Assembly (NCBI GenBank): GCA_040767085.1 | Contig: JAXGPF010000004.1 | Location: forward strand, 256,001-320,000 | DNA length: 64,000 nt | Direction: 5' to 3' | Source of the DNA: Kiritimatiellia bacterium | Lineage (GTDB): Bacteria; Verrucomicrobiota; Kiritimatiellia; JAAZAB01 | The notes under the pieces: model-generated | The model's input: the letters and a program-made list of their open reading frames with translations, nothing else | What the model was told of the DNA's origin: nothing | Databases searched by the model: none | Made by a program: the position numbers and the translations under genes | Shown here: positions 9,776 through 20,300 of the stretch, in pieces | Layout of the letters: every line of letters begins with the position of its first letter | Numbering within the stretch: the first letter of the stretch is position 1

Positions 9776-10948
9776 TTATGTCAATTTTTGAATTTCAAAT
9801 GCCGAGTTTAGGTTGAAAAACCTTGCCAAAAACCGGACGGCAAATTCGATCCGCTGGAACAGGCTGTCGCGCACGACAAACTCCTCCTGGGTGCAATCCC
9901 CCTGCCCGATCGGCCCGAAACCGTCAAGGGCCGGTATGCCGGCGGCCGCCACCCAGTTGGCGTCGGAAATCCCTCCGCGATGCTCTTCCGCCAGTTCCAA
10001 CCCCATGTCCCGTCCTACCGCGCGGGCCATTTCAAAAATCCGCCGCGATGCCGGCGTCGGCTGCCAGGGCGCAATCAGCGAGGTCTCCTCCAACTCCAGG
10101 CGCACGCCGGGGACGGCCGGTTGCATAATCCGGCGCCGGACATCGGCCAGCGTATCGCGCATGATGCCGGCATCCCAGAAACGCAACTCGAATTCCATGG
10201 CGGCCAGTGCGGCGACGACATTGCCGGCCAGGCCGCCGCTGATTTTTCCCACGTTGGCGGCGACCTGGCCGTCCGACCGGTTGAATGATTCCACCAAACG
10301 GATTTTTTCGCCGATTTCCTGGATGGCGCTGATTTTGTCCGTCTTGAGATTGCCGAAATGGGCCGACTGGCCATGGGCGGTCAGGACATACCGCGCGATG
10401 CCCTTGCGGGTGGTGACCAGCGTATTATTCATGGCCGCGCATTCGAACTTGACGCCCAGTTGCGCCTGCCGCTCCGCTAAGCCCAAAAAATGCCGCTTGG
10501 AATTGTTCGACCCGGTTTCCTCGTCCGTGTTGAAAATCACGATCAACGGCATCCGCTCCAGCCATCCCAGGTGCGCCAGCGTCCGCAACGCCCAGACCAG
10601 CGTCACCAGACCGGCCTTCATGTCGTGCGCGCCCGGACCGTAAACGCGGCCATTGCGCTCGCTGGCGGAATTGAAGGCCGGATCGTCCGGGCACAAGGTG
10701 TCAATGTGCCCATGCAGAGCCGCCGGCTGGACGCCCGGCGCCTGGTAGGAGTAAATGTAAATATCGCCGCAGGTTGTTTGCGGGTCAATTTCCAGCGCGT
10801 ACCCGGCCGGCATTAAATTACGGAGCATCAATTGGGTCCGATCCTGCCCCGCCTTATTGCCGGCGAATGTATTGATGGCGATCAGATCGCACAGATTGGC
10901 AACAATCGCGCTGGCATGTTGACTGAGGAAAGTCCCGATGCGATCCAT
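9776..10948 (-). CDS. M20-family metallopeptidase (carboxypeptidase G2-like)
   Basis: HGHIDT, GPGAHDMKAG, DEETGS, GGISDAN, DGFGP; start at MDRIG. Confidence 0.88.
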   Translation of the reverse strand: MDRIGTFLSQHASAIVANLCDLIAINTFAGNKAGQDRTQLMLRNLMPAGYALEIDPQTTCGDIYIYSYQAPGVQPAALHGHIDTLCPDDPAFNSASERNGRVYGPGAHDMKAGLVTLVWALRTLAHLGWLERMPLIVIFNTDEETGSNNSKRHFLGLAERQAQLGVKFECAAMNNTLVTTRKGIARYVLTAHGQSAHFGNLKTDKISAIQEIGEKIRLVESFNRSDGQVAANVGKISGGLAGNVVAALAAMEFELRFWDAGIMRDTLADVRRRIMQPAVPGVRLELEETSLIAPWQPTPASRRIFEMARAVGRDMGLELAEEHRGGISDANWVAAAGIPALDGFGPIGQGDCTQEEFVVRDSLFQRIEFAVRFLARFFNLNSAFEIQKLT

Positions 10949-10950
10949 GA

Positions 10951-13392
10951 TTAAAACGATTCCAATACAATAAGATGCCGACCCGGCGCATTCAGCGGCG
11001 CGCGGACTTCCCGCGGCCCGGCGGGGATATAATTGCGGTCCAACTGGCGCTGGTAATCGTCCCGCGCCTCGGCGCGCCAGGCTTCCCGGCGGTTGATCAG
11101 CAGGCGTTCCCGACCCCATGACAGTCGCGGCAGAACCAATTCCGCGCTCATGCCCGGCGGCAGAAACACTTCCAGTTCCCAGCGCGCATCGGATTTTTCC
11201 CAACCGATCTCGATGGCGCCGGCCGGCGTGGGAATCCGGCCCTGCGCCCATTGCAATCCCATGGCCAGCGGCTGTATGATCGCTTTACGCCAGCCCGGCG
11301 CCGCCGTCTGAACACCTAAAATGTATTCCGGCAGCAAGTAGGCCGGGCCGGCGCCGAAGGGATGGCATAACGAGGAGGAAGTCGTCCGGAATTGCAGCCC
11401 GTCCCGGTAGCCGGTATGCCAGAATTCGGGCAGTGTGGTGTGTCCCGCGCGGATGATGGCGCCCCAGTAGCGATCCAGCAATTCCCGGGCCTGCAGTTCC
11501 AGGCCGCATTGCAGAAAGGCCTCCAGCAACAATGTCGCGTCAAACGGCGTCTGCGGCGGCATTATATCCGGCGCGGACCGCACCGACTCGGCCCAGGCGC
11601 CGGCGCGGTCGGGCAGCAGCGCGCCGGCCAGCGCGGCCCAGGCGTTGGCGGTCGGTGAAAATTGTTCCAGGAGCTTGCCATCCCTTAATCCATCCGCGAA
11701 CAGGCCGCGCGATTCGACCCAGAAAGTTTCGCGGATGGCGGCGGCGGACGTGTCCGCCAGGGCGTCCCAGGCGCCGGCCTGCGCCGGATCATGGGCCGCG
11801 CGCGCCAGTTGCGCGCCCGCGCGCAACGCCAGGACATACTCGCTGTTGAACGCGCAGGTCACCCCCGTTTTCAGCATCGGATTCCAGCCGCCGAAACATT
11901 TGATTTCCGGCAAACCCGGCTTGAGTGTGTCCAGCAGCCCGGCGTCATTCCGGTACCGATGGAAGTGCGCCAGGATTTTCGCCAGCCGCGGCAGGCACCA
12001 GGCCAACAAATCATTGTCCGGCGCGTGGCGGTCGATGGCCGCCGCAATGGGAAAAAGCGACAAGGTCATTTCCGCCCAGTTTAATACCGGCCCATCCAGT
12101 TTGTATCCTAATCCGGCCGGCCCCGGCACCGGGACGATCCCATCATTCGTCATTATGCTCAAAGCCTGGCGCATAGTCTTGATGGACGGCCGCATATCGC
12201 CGAAACAGGCCGCCAGGGCGCGGCTGTGGACAACGACATCGGCCAGCCACAAGGCCTGCTCGCGGTTCAGGCAATCCACCGGGTGATCCTTGACGCCCGA
12301 CCAGGCAGTTTCCCGTGATACTTTCCAGACGCTGGTCAACGTATCATCCGAGCAGCGGAACATGCCGCGCGTTTCAAACGGGTAAACCATCTCCTTGAAA
12401 CGCGCGCTTAACACCGCAACCGGCGCGGTCAAACCGTGGAAATGCAACCCCAAACCCTGTCCGCCGCGCCAATCCAGCGGCTCGTAACACCCCTGGCCGG
12501 CCGGCGCGAGTCGCAGGCGGTCGGTCAACAACCAGGTATCGCCTTCACCGCAATAGATATCCAGAACGCCCGCGCCTTCCGCGGCCAGTTCCAACAGCGG
12601 GAAGCCGCCCATGACCCGGCCGTAATCGAGGAAAATCCATGCGCCTTCCGGCGCCGGATTGATGCGCATCGGCGTATTTTCAGGGCGGCCGCGCAACTCG
12701 CGGAATCCGTTGACAATGTCCAAGCCGGCCTGGGTGATTTCCACGCCCACCGGCTCATGCAGCACGGGCACGAGGAATGGAATTTCACGGGGAACCGGAG
12801 GGGGCAACGGCCCGTCCGGCGCGAACGGGAAGGCGGCCGCGGCCATCCAATGCGCATCGTCATAACCGGCGGCAGGCGCGGCCTGCAAGTCCGCCAAGCC
12901 GGCCATGTCAAATTCATGGCGGCATGGGCGGAAGCGGTTGATGGGCTGGCTGCAATCGCGCCAGCCGGGCGACGGGCGTACCCGCCAGGATGCATCCGTG
13001 GCGATAATGGCCCGGCCGCCCGCCTCCAATTGCGCCAGCAGACCCGGCGCGCCGTCATACAACGAGCTTCTGATCCCCGGCTGCGGCCGGAAATGGTGCG
13101 CCAGCCCGCATAAAACATTCTGCCCCGGCTGCAGCAGGCCGGCAATGTCATAAACATCGTAATACGGCCGGCGCGGATCCGCCCGGTCCGGACCGCGTCC
13201 GACAGGTTGTCCGTTCAGCAGCACCCGGTAGATATGGCTGGCGGAAATCAGCAGCCGGGCGGCATCGCCCATATCCGGCTGCCATATAAATTCTTTGCGA
13301 AACTGCAGCGTCGTCTGGGCCTGCCCGGACGCATCGGGCAGCCAAATCCATCCGGCCTGCCAGGCAACCGGGTCTGTGGTTGTATTGCGCAC
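10951..13392 (-). CDS. Alpha-L-rhamnosidase-like protein (GH78 architecture)
   Basis: AGWIW, FRKEF, FRCSDDTL, DCLNREQALWLAD, TLPEFW, SLCHPF, GRIPTPAGAI. Confidence 0.85.
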   Translation of the reverse strand: MRNTTTDPVAWQAGWIWLPDASGQAQTTLQFRKEFIWQPDMGDAARLLISASHIYRVLLNGQPVGRGPDRADPRRPYYDVYDIAGLLQPGQNVLCGLAHHFRPQPGIRSSLYDGAPGLLAQLEAGGRAIIATDASWRVRPSPGWRDCSQPINRFRPCRHEFDMAGLADLQAAPAAGYDDAHWMAAAAFPFAPDGPLPPPVPREIPFLVPVLHEPVGVEITQAGLDIVNGFRELRGRPENTPMRINPAPEGAWIFLDYGRVMGGFPLLELAAEGAGVLDIYCGEGDTWLLTDRLRLAPAGQGCYEPLDWRGGQGLGLHFHGLTAPVAVLSARFKEMVYPFETRGMFRCSDDTLTSVWKVSRETAWSGVKDHPVDCLNREQALWLADVVVHSRALAACFGDMRPSIKTMRQALSIMTNDGIVPVPGPAGLGYKLDGPVLNWAEMTLSLFPIAAAIDRHAPDNDLLAWCLPRLAKILAHFHRYRNDAGLLDTLKPGLPEIKCFGGWNPMLKTGVTCAFNSEYVLALRAGAQLARAAHDPAQAGAWDALADTSAAAIRETFWVESRGLFADGLRDGKLLEQFSPTANAWAALAGALLPDRAGAWAESVRSAPDIMPPQTPFDATLLLEAFLQCGLELQARELLDRYWGAIIRAGHTTLPEFWHTGYRDGLQFRTTSSSLCHPFGAGPAYLLPEYILGVQTAAPGWRKAIIQPLAMGLQWAQGRIPTPAGAIEIGWEKSDARWELEVFLPPGMSAELVLPRLSWGRERLLINRREAWRAEARDDYQRQLDRNYIPAGPREVRAPLNAPGRHLIVLESF

Positions 13393-13508
13393 GCCTGTCT
13401 GATCCTCCCTTGTGCGGAAACTTTCCCGAAACAGACGTCATGTTATAACCTGAAGTTTGCGCACTGCAAGCGCAATATTCACTGAACACCAATGACGCTG
13501 GATGGGAC

Positions 13509-14408
13509 TCACGTCCGGCCATGAGCGGCGCGGTAGGCGCTGGGCGCCAGGCGCAAGGCGCGTTTAAATGCGCGGCTGAATGAAAACACCGAAGTGTAGC
13601 CGACCTGGTCGGCAATTTGCGAGATCGTTAAATCGGTCGTGCTCATCAGGCTGCAGGCTTTCTGAATCCGCAGTCGTTGTATGTATTCGGCCGGACCCAT
13701 ACCCATTATGGCCTGAAAACGTTGATACAGGCTGCGCCGGGAGAGGCCGATGTATGCGGCCGTCTGTCCGGCGCAAATTTGTTCATGCAGATGCTCGACC
13801 AGGAAGGTCTGCAGTTTTTCAAGAAATTCGATGTCGCGCGTGGGATGCTCCGGGGGGGCGGTGTTTAGATCGTTATTGACGGATACGCAATCGGCCAGCT
13901 CCAGCAGCAGTGACCACAGATTGACGGCGATGCGACCGAGGATGCGCGGATGCATGCGTCGGGGATTGCAATAGTCGCCGATAATGGCATGGATCAGCGG
14001 CCAGGCCGAGGATGGTATGGATGTCGGATTGTTTTTCAATCCCAGCATATCCCGCGCATGATCAAGGCGGAACGAGCAGAAAAACCAGAGAAAATCAAGG
14101 CCTTCCAGGCCGGTGAAGTGATGAAACTGATGAGGGAACACCAGCAACGCACTGTGCGGGGGCAGGTGGAAGGCTACCTTATTGACAACCGCAGCACCGC
14201 CGCCGCGCAAGGTCAAAGCCAGCATGAACCGGTCGGGATGGATAATTGGGATGGCGCTGGGCTGTTTCCTGGGCGACCGCCGCATCAACAGAATTTCGCG
14301 GGGCAAATCTAATGCAGGCAATGGAAGCCTGGCGCTGGCAATGTTTGCTCCCGGCCTCATTGCCGCGGATATTTTTTCAATGTCGCCGATAATTTTGCCG
14401 GCGTTCAT
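13509..14408 (-). CDS. AraC family transcriptional regulator
   Basis: C-terminal RIQKACSLM...ISQIADQVGYTSVFSFSRAFKR...PSAYR; cupin-like N-terminus; start at MNAGK. Confidence 0.9.
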   Translation of the reverse strand: MNAGKIIGDIEKISAAMRPGANIASARLPLPALDLPREILLMRRSPRKQPSAIPIIHPDRFMLALTLRGGGAAVVNKVAFHLPPHSALLVFPHQFHHFTGLEGLDFLWFFCSFRLDHARDMLGLKNNPTSIPSSAWPLIHAIIGDYCNPRRMHPRILGRIAVNLWSLLLELADCVSVNNDLNTAPPEHPTRDIEFLEKLQTFLVEHLHEQICAGQTAAYIGLSRRSLYQRFQAIMGMGPAEYIQRLRIQKACSLMSTTDLTISQIADQVGYTSVFSFSRAFKRALRLAPSAYRAAHGRT

Positions 14409-14532
14409 GCGCGACCTCTTTTTGAAGTCAAGATTACCTGTTTGCCCTGTCCCGGGCAAGCGGATTTGAATGTTAAAATAATTGCACGTCCGGCTATGGC
14501 CATGCCGGCCGGTTTGGGGTAGTATGCAGATT

Positions 14533-14783
14533 ATGAATAATAAAACGGTTCGTGTCGGGCCGATTGGTTGCAGCAATCGCGGCAAGCCGAATGACTTGAC
14601 CTGCGTGGAATCTCCTGAACCATGGACATGCCGCATGAAGGCGCAACGTTGAACGATGGCATCAACGCCGCTTTGGCCGACTTGGCCGCCCGCCGGGCGA
14701 TTCATGCGGGAAAAGTGGTGGAGATGGATGAGTTGGAACTGGAAATATCCGGCAATTCCGATGAATCAAGGGGTGATCCATGA
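14533..14783 (+). pseudogene. Internally deleted Gfo/Idh/MocA oxidoreductase remnant
   Basis: MNNKTVRVGPIGCSNRG (Rossmann start), then in another frame GATLNDGINAALADLAARRAIHAGKVVEMDEL (typical C-terminus); stop overlaps next ATG (ATGA). Confidence 0.65.
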
Positions 14784-17083
14784 GAAATTACAGTCGTGCA
14801 ATACGGGCCGTGGCTGCGCTGGCGGTAATAATCGTTTGTTCCTGTCAATGCGATATCGGCGCGGATGAACATCTGGCGGGAAGTTGGTGTTTTGACGAGG
14901 GCGCCGGATCGTGCGCCGGCGACAGCTCTGACTTCGGCAATCATGGGGTGTTGACAAATATGAATACCAATACCTGCTGGGTATTGGGCGCCTCCGGCTA
15001 TGCTCTGGAATTCGAAGGATCGAACGACTGCGTCATGGTTGGAACAAATCTGCCGGTGTCCGGCATGGGCGCCCTGATGTATTGGATGAAAGCCGCCCGC
15101 GGCACAAATGAAACGATCTTGCATTTTTCCGAGGTGCGTTGCCATGACTTTATCCGCAATTACCTGAGCAAATATGGGATATTGGATTTGATGATTGAAG
15201 ACGATGATGTTTTAAAAGTCAACCTGCAATATGATCTTGGCAAACTGGAAGGCGATTATGTCGGGCAGGCGCTGCACGTGGCATGGGCGCAGGATGGGGA
15301 TGAAATCAAGCTGTATCTTAACGGGCGGCAAAAACCGCTGGCGGGCATGAACAGCGGCGCTTGGTGGACGGATCATTTAACGTTGAAGGAATGCCGGATC
15401 GGCGGCGGCAGCTGGTCGAGTTACTTCCAAGGCGTGCTGGATGAATTCAAGGTTTTTTCCGGAACGGTTGGCGCGGCCAATATTGCCTATGAGTATCTGG
15501 GCCAATATTTGTGCGGCGATTGGCATTTGGACGAAAACACGGGCGCTTCGGCCGCGGATGCCTCCGATTGTGGCAATCATGGAATGGTGTTGGGCAGTCC
15601 AGATTGGTCAACCGGCATGGTTGACAATGCGCTGGTTTTCGACGGAGTGTCTGGCGGAGTACAGATAAACTATCCTGTCGGCATGCAGACCGAGGTCGGC
15701 GCGATCGAATTCTGGATGAAAGCCGACGGCGCTCAATACTCGACCATTTTCCATCTCTACCAGACACGGACCAGGGATTACCTGCGGGTTAAATTAAATT
15801 CCGATGGGCGTCTGGACGTCATTGTTGAATCCAACGATGTGGCCATGGTCAATGTATACTACGACCTGGATGATCTGCCGTCAGGATACATCGAGCAATG
15901 GTTACATGTGGTCTGGGTGCAGGATGGGTCAAATATAAACTTGTATATCAACGGCGAACCGCGATCGTTGGCCGGTTTGAACGGCGCATGGTGGTCGAGT
16001 CACTTTTACCCGGTCAAGTGCCTTCTGGGATGCGGTAGTTGGGGTTATTTCGACGGCGCGCTGGATGAATTCAAGGTGTATCGGCGGGCGCTTGGCCCGG
16101 AAGAAGTGCGCCAGATTTATTTTGACAATGGGGGCGGCCGTGATTATGGCTGCGAATCCAATCCGACCGGCAATCCCATCGGCGGCGGCGCCGATTACAA
16201 TGCCATCTTCGTGAACGGCGATTATGTCGTCACAGACAAGGTGGAATTACTCTGGGCGTTAAGCAATGCCGTGGCCGGTGATGTGGTGTATGTGAACGCG
16301 ATGGAAATTGATCTTTCGGGTGAAACCATCGTCATTCCCGGAGGGGTAACACTGGCCGGCAACCGCGGACATGCCGGCGCCGCCGGCCCCTTGTTGCACA
16401 GCGACCAGTCGCCGCCGGTGAACTATGTTCGACTTTTTGAGGCCGGCGGCGCCAAGGTAAGAATCACCGGTTTGCAAATCCGGGGGCCGCATGCCGAAAT
16501 AGGGGCTGCGGCATACGACCCGCCTGTGTCCATTGGCATTAACTCGGGTTTTGCGAACTTGGAGGTTGATAATTGCGAGATATCCGCTTGGAGCCATTCC
16601 GGCATTCATCTCACTTCCGGCGGGACGAATGCCTGGGTACATCACAATTACATCCATCACTGTCAGCGATGCGGATTGGGATACGGCATATGCCTCGGCC
16701 ATGATGATGCGACTTGCGTGGTCGAGGCAAATCTGTTTGACTATTGCCGGCATGCGGTGGCGGGAACTGGCGATTCCGGCAACAGTTATGAAGCATGTTA
16801 CAATCTGGTGCTGGAGCATGCCAATGGGCACGTTTTCGACATGCATGGTTCTCCTTATGAGGCGGGCATAGCGGGTGATATGATACATATTCACCACAAT
16901 ACAGTCCACGTCACGGATTGGTATGCGGTGAAAATCCGCGCCCGTCCGAATATCGGCGCTCATATCCATCATAATTGGTTCCATGGCGATGTTCCGGCGG
17001 CCATTCAAATCAATGCATTCGGTAATTTCCAGGCAAGCTCCAATTTGCTCACTGCCACTCGCTATTTCAAGAGTAATGACTAG
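14780..17083 (+). CDS. Secreted protein with two LamG-like jellyroll domains and a C-terminal right-handed beta-helix
   Basis: Signal-like N-terminus; duplicated WxxDE..G..A.D.S..GNHG and YFxGxLDEFKV; VDNCEISAW, VHHNYIHH, IHHN repeats. Confidence 0.85.
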   Translation: MRNYSRAIRAVAALAVIIVCSCQCDIGADEHLAGSWCFDEGAGSCAGDSSDFGNHGVLTNMNTNTCWVLGASGYALEFEGSNDCVMVGTNLPVSGMGALMYWMKAARGTNETILHFSEVRCHDFIRNYLSKYGILDLMIEDDDVLKVNLQYDLGKLEGDYVGQALHVAWAQDGDEIKLYLNGRQKPLAGMNSGAWWTDHLTLKECRIGGGSWSSYFQGVLDEFKVFSGTVGAANIAYEYLGQYLCGDWHLDENTGASAADASDCGNHGMVLGSPDWSTGMVDNALVFDGVSGGVQINYPVGMQTEVGAIEFWMKADGAQYSTIFHLYQTRTRDYLRVKLNSDGRLDVIVESNDVAMVNVYYDLDDLPSGYIEQWLHVVWVQDGSNINLYINGEPRSLAGLNGAWWSSHFYPVKCLLGCGSWGYFDGALDEFKVYRRALGPEEVRQIYFDNGGGRDYGCESNPTGNPIGGGADYNAIFVNGDYVVTDKVELLWALSNAVAGDVVYVNAMEIDLSGETIVIPGGVTLAGNRGHAGAAGPLLHSDQSPPVNYVRLFEAGGAKVRITGLQIRGPHAEIGAAAYDPPVSIGINSGFANLEVDNCEISAWSHSGIHLTSGGTNAWVHHNYIHHCQRCGLGYGICLGHDDATCVVEANLFDYCRHAVAGTGDSGNSYEACYNLVLEHANGHVFDMHGSPYEAGIAGDMIHIHHNTVHVTDWYAVKIRARPNIGAHIHHNWFHGDVPAAIQINAFGNFQASSNLLTATRYFKSND

Positions 17084-17188
17084 GTCCAGCAATGATTTTG
17101 CGGGAGCAACGATAAACGCCGCCATTAATTAAACAGGGGCTTCAGCCTTTTGCGCGGGTAAATTCCGGGCAAACACATTATAAGCAGG

Positions 17189-17210
17189 TAATGTATAGCA
17201 AATTACATTA
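17189..17210. promoter_or_regulatory. Candidate operator, inverted repeat TAATGTA-N8-TACATTA
   Basis: Perfect 7-bp inverted repeat in the AT-rich spacer upstream of 17347. Confidence 0.35.
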
Positions 17211-17346
17211 TCAGAAGAAAATACGAAGGCTTTGAATAATATTAATGTCGTAACGCTATCGTATTAAATCTGTTACATAATTATTGACCTGTAAACATCC
17301 ACACAAAACCGGGAAGCGGCATTAAAAAAACTGCGGGAGATAACAG

Positions 17347-20300
17347 ATGTTGAAAATAGATGCAGGCATTATGATGCTGGCTGGCACGGTCATGTGCTTT
17401 GGCACAAATGGCCTGGCCGGAGCCGACGGCACCCCCCCGGCCTTGCCTGCGGTTGCAGTCTTGAAAATACAACCGGATGAACGGCCAGTGATTGACGGCC
17501 GGCTGGATGAGGATTTCTGGCAGGATTGCTCCACCGTGGAATTACAATTGGTGGTGCCGCCCGGGGGCGCGCCGGCGCAACGCACGGCGTCTAAAATCGC
17601 CACGGATGGCTCCTGGCTGTTTGTCGGGATTGCGGCCGCGGATAACACCTTGCTGGATGATGCCGCGGCGCAGACGCCGCTGCTGAATACCAGGCAGGAT
17701 TACGTTGAGTTCCACCTGGATCCGGGCACGGCCGGCAAAAGACATTTCCGGTTCGCCGTCAACCGGTTCGGCCATATGCTGGCCGACCTGAAAGGGATTG
17801 ACGCCAATCCCGGCCATGCCATGCATTGGCGCGCCGCCGGCGCGGCCGCCGCCGACGGCTGGAGCGTTGAAATGGCCTTGCCCCTGTTTTATTTCGCCGA
17901 GGTTGCCGGCGCCGGCCCGGGCTGGCGGGTCAATTTCTGCCGCCTGGATACCGCCCCGGCCGAAATCAGTTCCTGGGCGCCGGTGCTCAGAAAATTCGCC
18001 GAACCGGAACATTTTGGCCGGCTGGAGAACCTGCCGGCCGGTTTGCCCCCTGCCGGCCAATTGCCGCGACGCCCTTTTGCTCCGCGCCTGACGTACATCC
18101 TGGCCGGCCCCACCACGGATCAAACGGGCGAATACGTCAGCCTGGTGCGCATCGGGATGGTCAATGACTCCTCCAACGCCGGCGGCGCGGTCTCTTTGCA
18201 TCTGCGGGACGAATCGGTTCCCGGACAGCCCATGGCAATGGTCACCAATGTGGCGCTGAAACCCGGCGAACATCAGTGTGAGGCAACCATGGAATTGAAA
18301 CGCCCGCTGGAATTCATTCCCCGGCCTGAGGTGACCTTGAGTCTGCGGGATGAGATGGGAACCTGGGCGCAAACCATGGCGCATGGCCAGGGCGCCATTG
18401 TGGAAAAATATGCCGCATGGCTCGATCACTCCTATTACACGCTCGAAACACAGGCAGTGCTGTATGTGGAAACCGCCGGCGATCAACCGCCGCCGTCAAA
18501 CGCCAGTGTGCAGACCGTGCTGATAAATTCTGCCGGATCAAATCTTTGGGCCGGGCCGGCCCGGCCGGCCGCCCCCGGCGTCTGGCGCGCGGCTATTCCT
18601 TTGGCGGAATTGCCGCCGGCCAGGTACACGCTTGAGGTTCAAGTCAGAAATGCCTCCGCGGATGCCCGGCCGGAACGGAAGATTGCGGTATTGAACAAGC
18701 TGCCGCCGGCGCCGGCCGGACGGGAAGTTAAAATTGACCATTTCAACCGGTGTGTCCTGATCGGCGATCAGCCGTTTTTCCCGTTTGGTGTCTGCTGGAT
18801 GCCGGCGCATTCCGCCGACTTGGACCTGGCGCATTTGAAAGCGCTGGGCTTCAACACCGTCATCCGCTGGACCAGGTTTGACGGATCACCTGACGATAAC
18901 GGCGCTGTGGCGGCGCGGGTGGGACAAGATTCGCTGCTGGCGGCGGCGGAGAAACACGGAATCACGGTCGTAGAACAGCCGAAAAGCACGCGCCAGCGCG
19001 ATGCCGGCAACCAGCGTGTCTGGCGTTGGATTTACCCCCGGTTTGTCGAAAACTATCATGACTGGAAAGCCAACGACCTGCCCGCCGTGATGGCTGTCAT
19101 GCGCGCCCACCCGGCGGTGGCGGCTTACCTGGCGATTGACGAGCCATCGGACGTGATCGTGCAGCCGGGCAATGTGCCCCTGGCGCGCCTTCTCAACGAC
19201 ATGATGGCAAGCATCGTCCAATTGGACCCCTACAAGCCGGTATTTCTCAATTTCGGCGGAATGCTGCCCGATCGGATGGAGTGGCTGGACAATCAATCGT
19301 TTTTCGCCTCGTTTAATTACTGGCTGGTCCAGCCCGATGCCGCCGCGACCGCCGTCCGCCTCGCGGCGACGCTGCAACATAATTCCCGGTTGGCGGAAAA
19401 ATACCGCAAGCCGCTTTGGCTCATGCCGACGACGGAGCTTAACTGGAGCGCCCAGGCCGTCCCCATGTCCGCGGCGGAAAACCGGACGCAGCTTTACATC
19501 ATGCTGATTCACGGCGCCAAAGGCATAAATTATTTTTCCTGGCCCTGGCTCCATGCCGCCACGGATGCCAGCCTGGCGGAACTGGCCCGGGAGGTCCAGG
19601 TCCTGGCCCCGGCCCTGCTCCGGCGGCGGCCGGCCCAGCGCGTGACATACGCGACAGCGGAAGGCCGGGACAACGATGCCGGCGCACTGATGGCCGCCTT
19701 ACTCGTCGAGCCGGATGACACGCCCTTGCTGATGTTTCTGAATGCCGGCGCCGAGCCGGTCAGAATCAGATGTTCGTTGCCCTGGCTGGATGGCGAACAT
19801 CGCCTGGCGTCATGCTTCGATGCCTCGCACGCGGACTTCAAGGATGGATCCTTTCATGCAGAATTTGACCCCTTGGCCACCAGGATTTACCGGATCAGCG
19901 GAGCCAGCATCACCAATGCATGGCAAAGGCACGATATCCTGATCCGTGTTGAGCGGGAGATTGCCGAGGTTGACGCAACTGGCGGGAAGCCCGCAAACCT
20001 GATCCCTGACGCCTTGTTTAATGACGCCTCCGCCTGGCTGATCCGCGAGCGCGACGCCGGCAAGGTTGATTTTGCCGCCCAGCCGGGGAATGAACCGGGG
20101 CGCATGCTGATTTTGGATGGCGCGGCGGGCGGCGGTATTTACGCGCGCTCTCCACGCTTCCGGTTGCGCCCATATCACCGGTATCGCCTATCCGCCACTG
20201 TGCGTTACGAAAAGGCGGGCGGCGCGCGGGCGGCGGGCATGTCGTTGCGGGCGGCGGATGCCGGGGACGCGGCCGGAGAATTACCCGCGCTGCAATGCGG

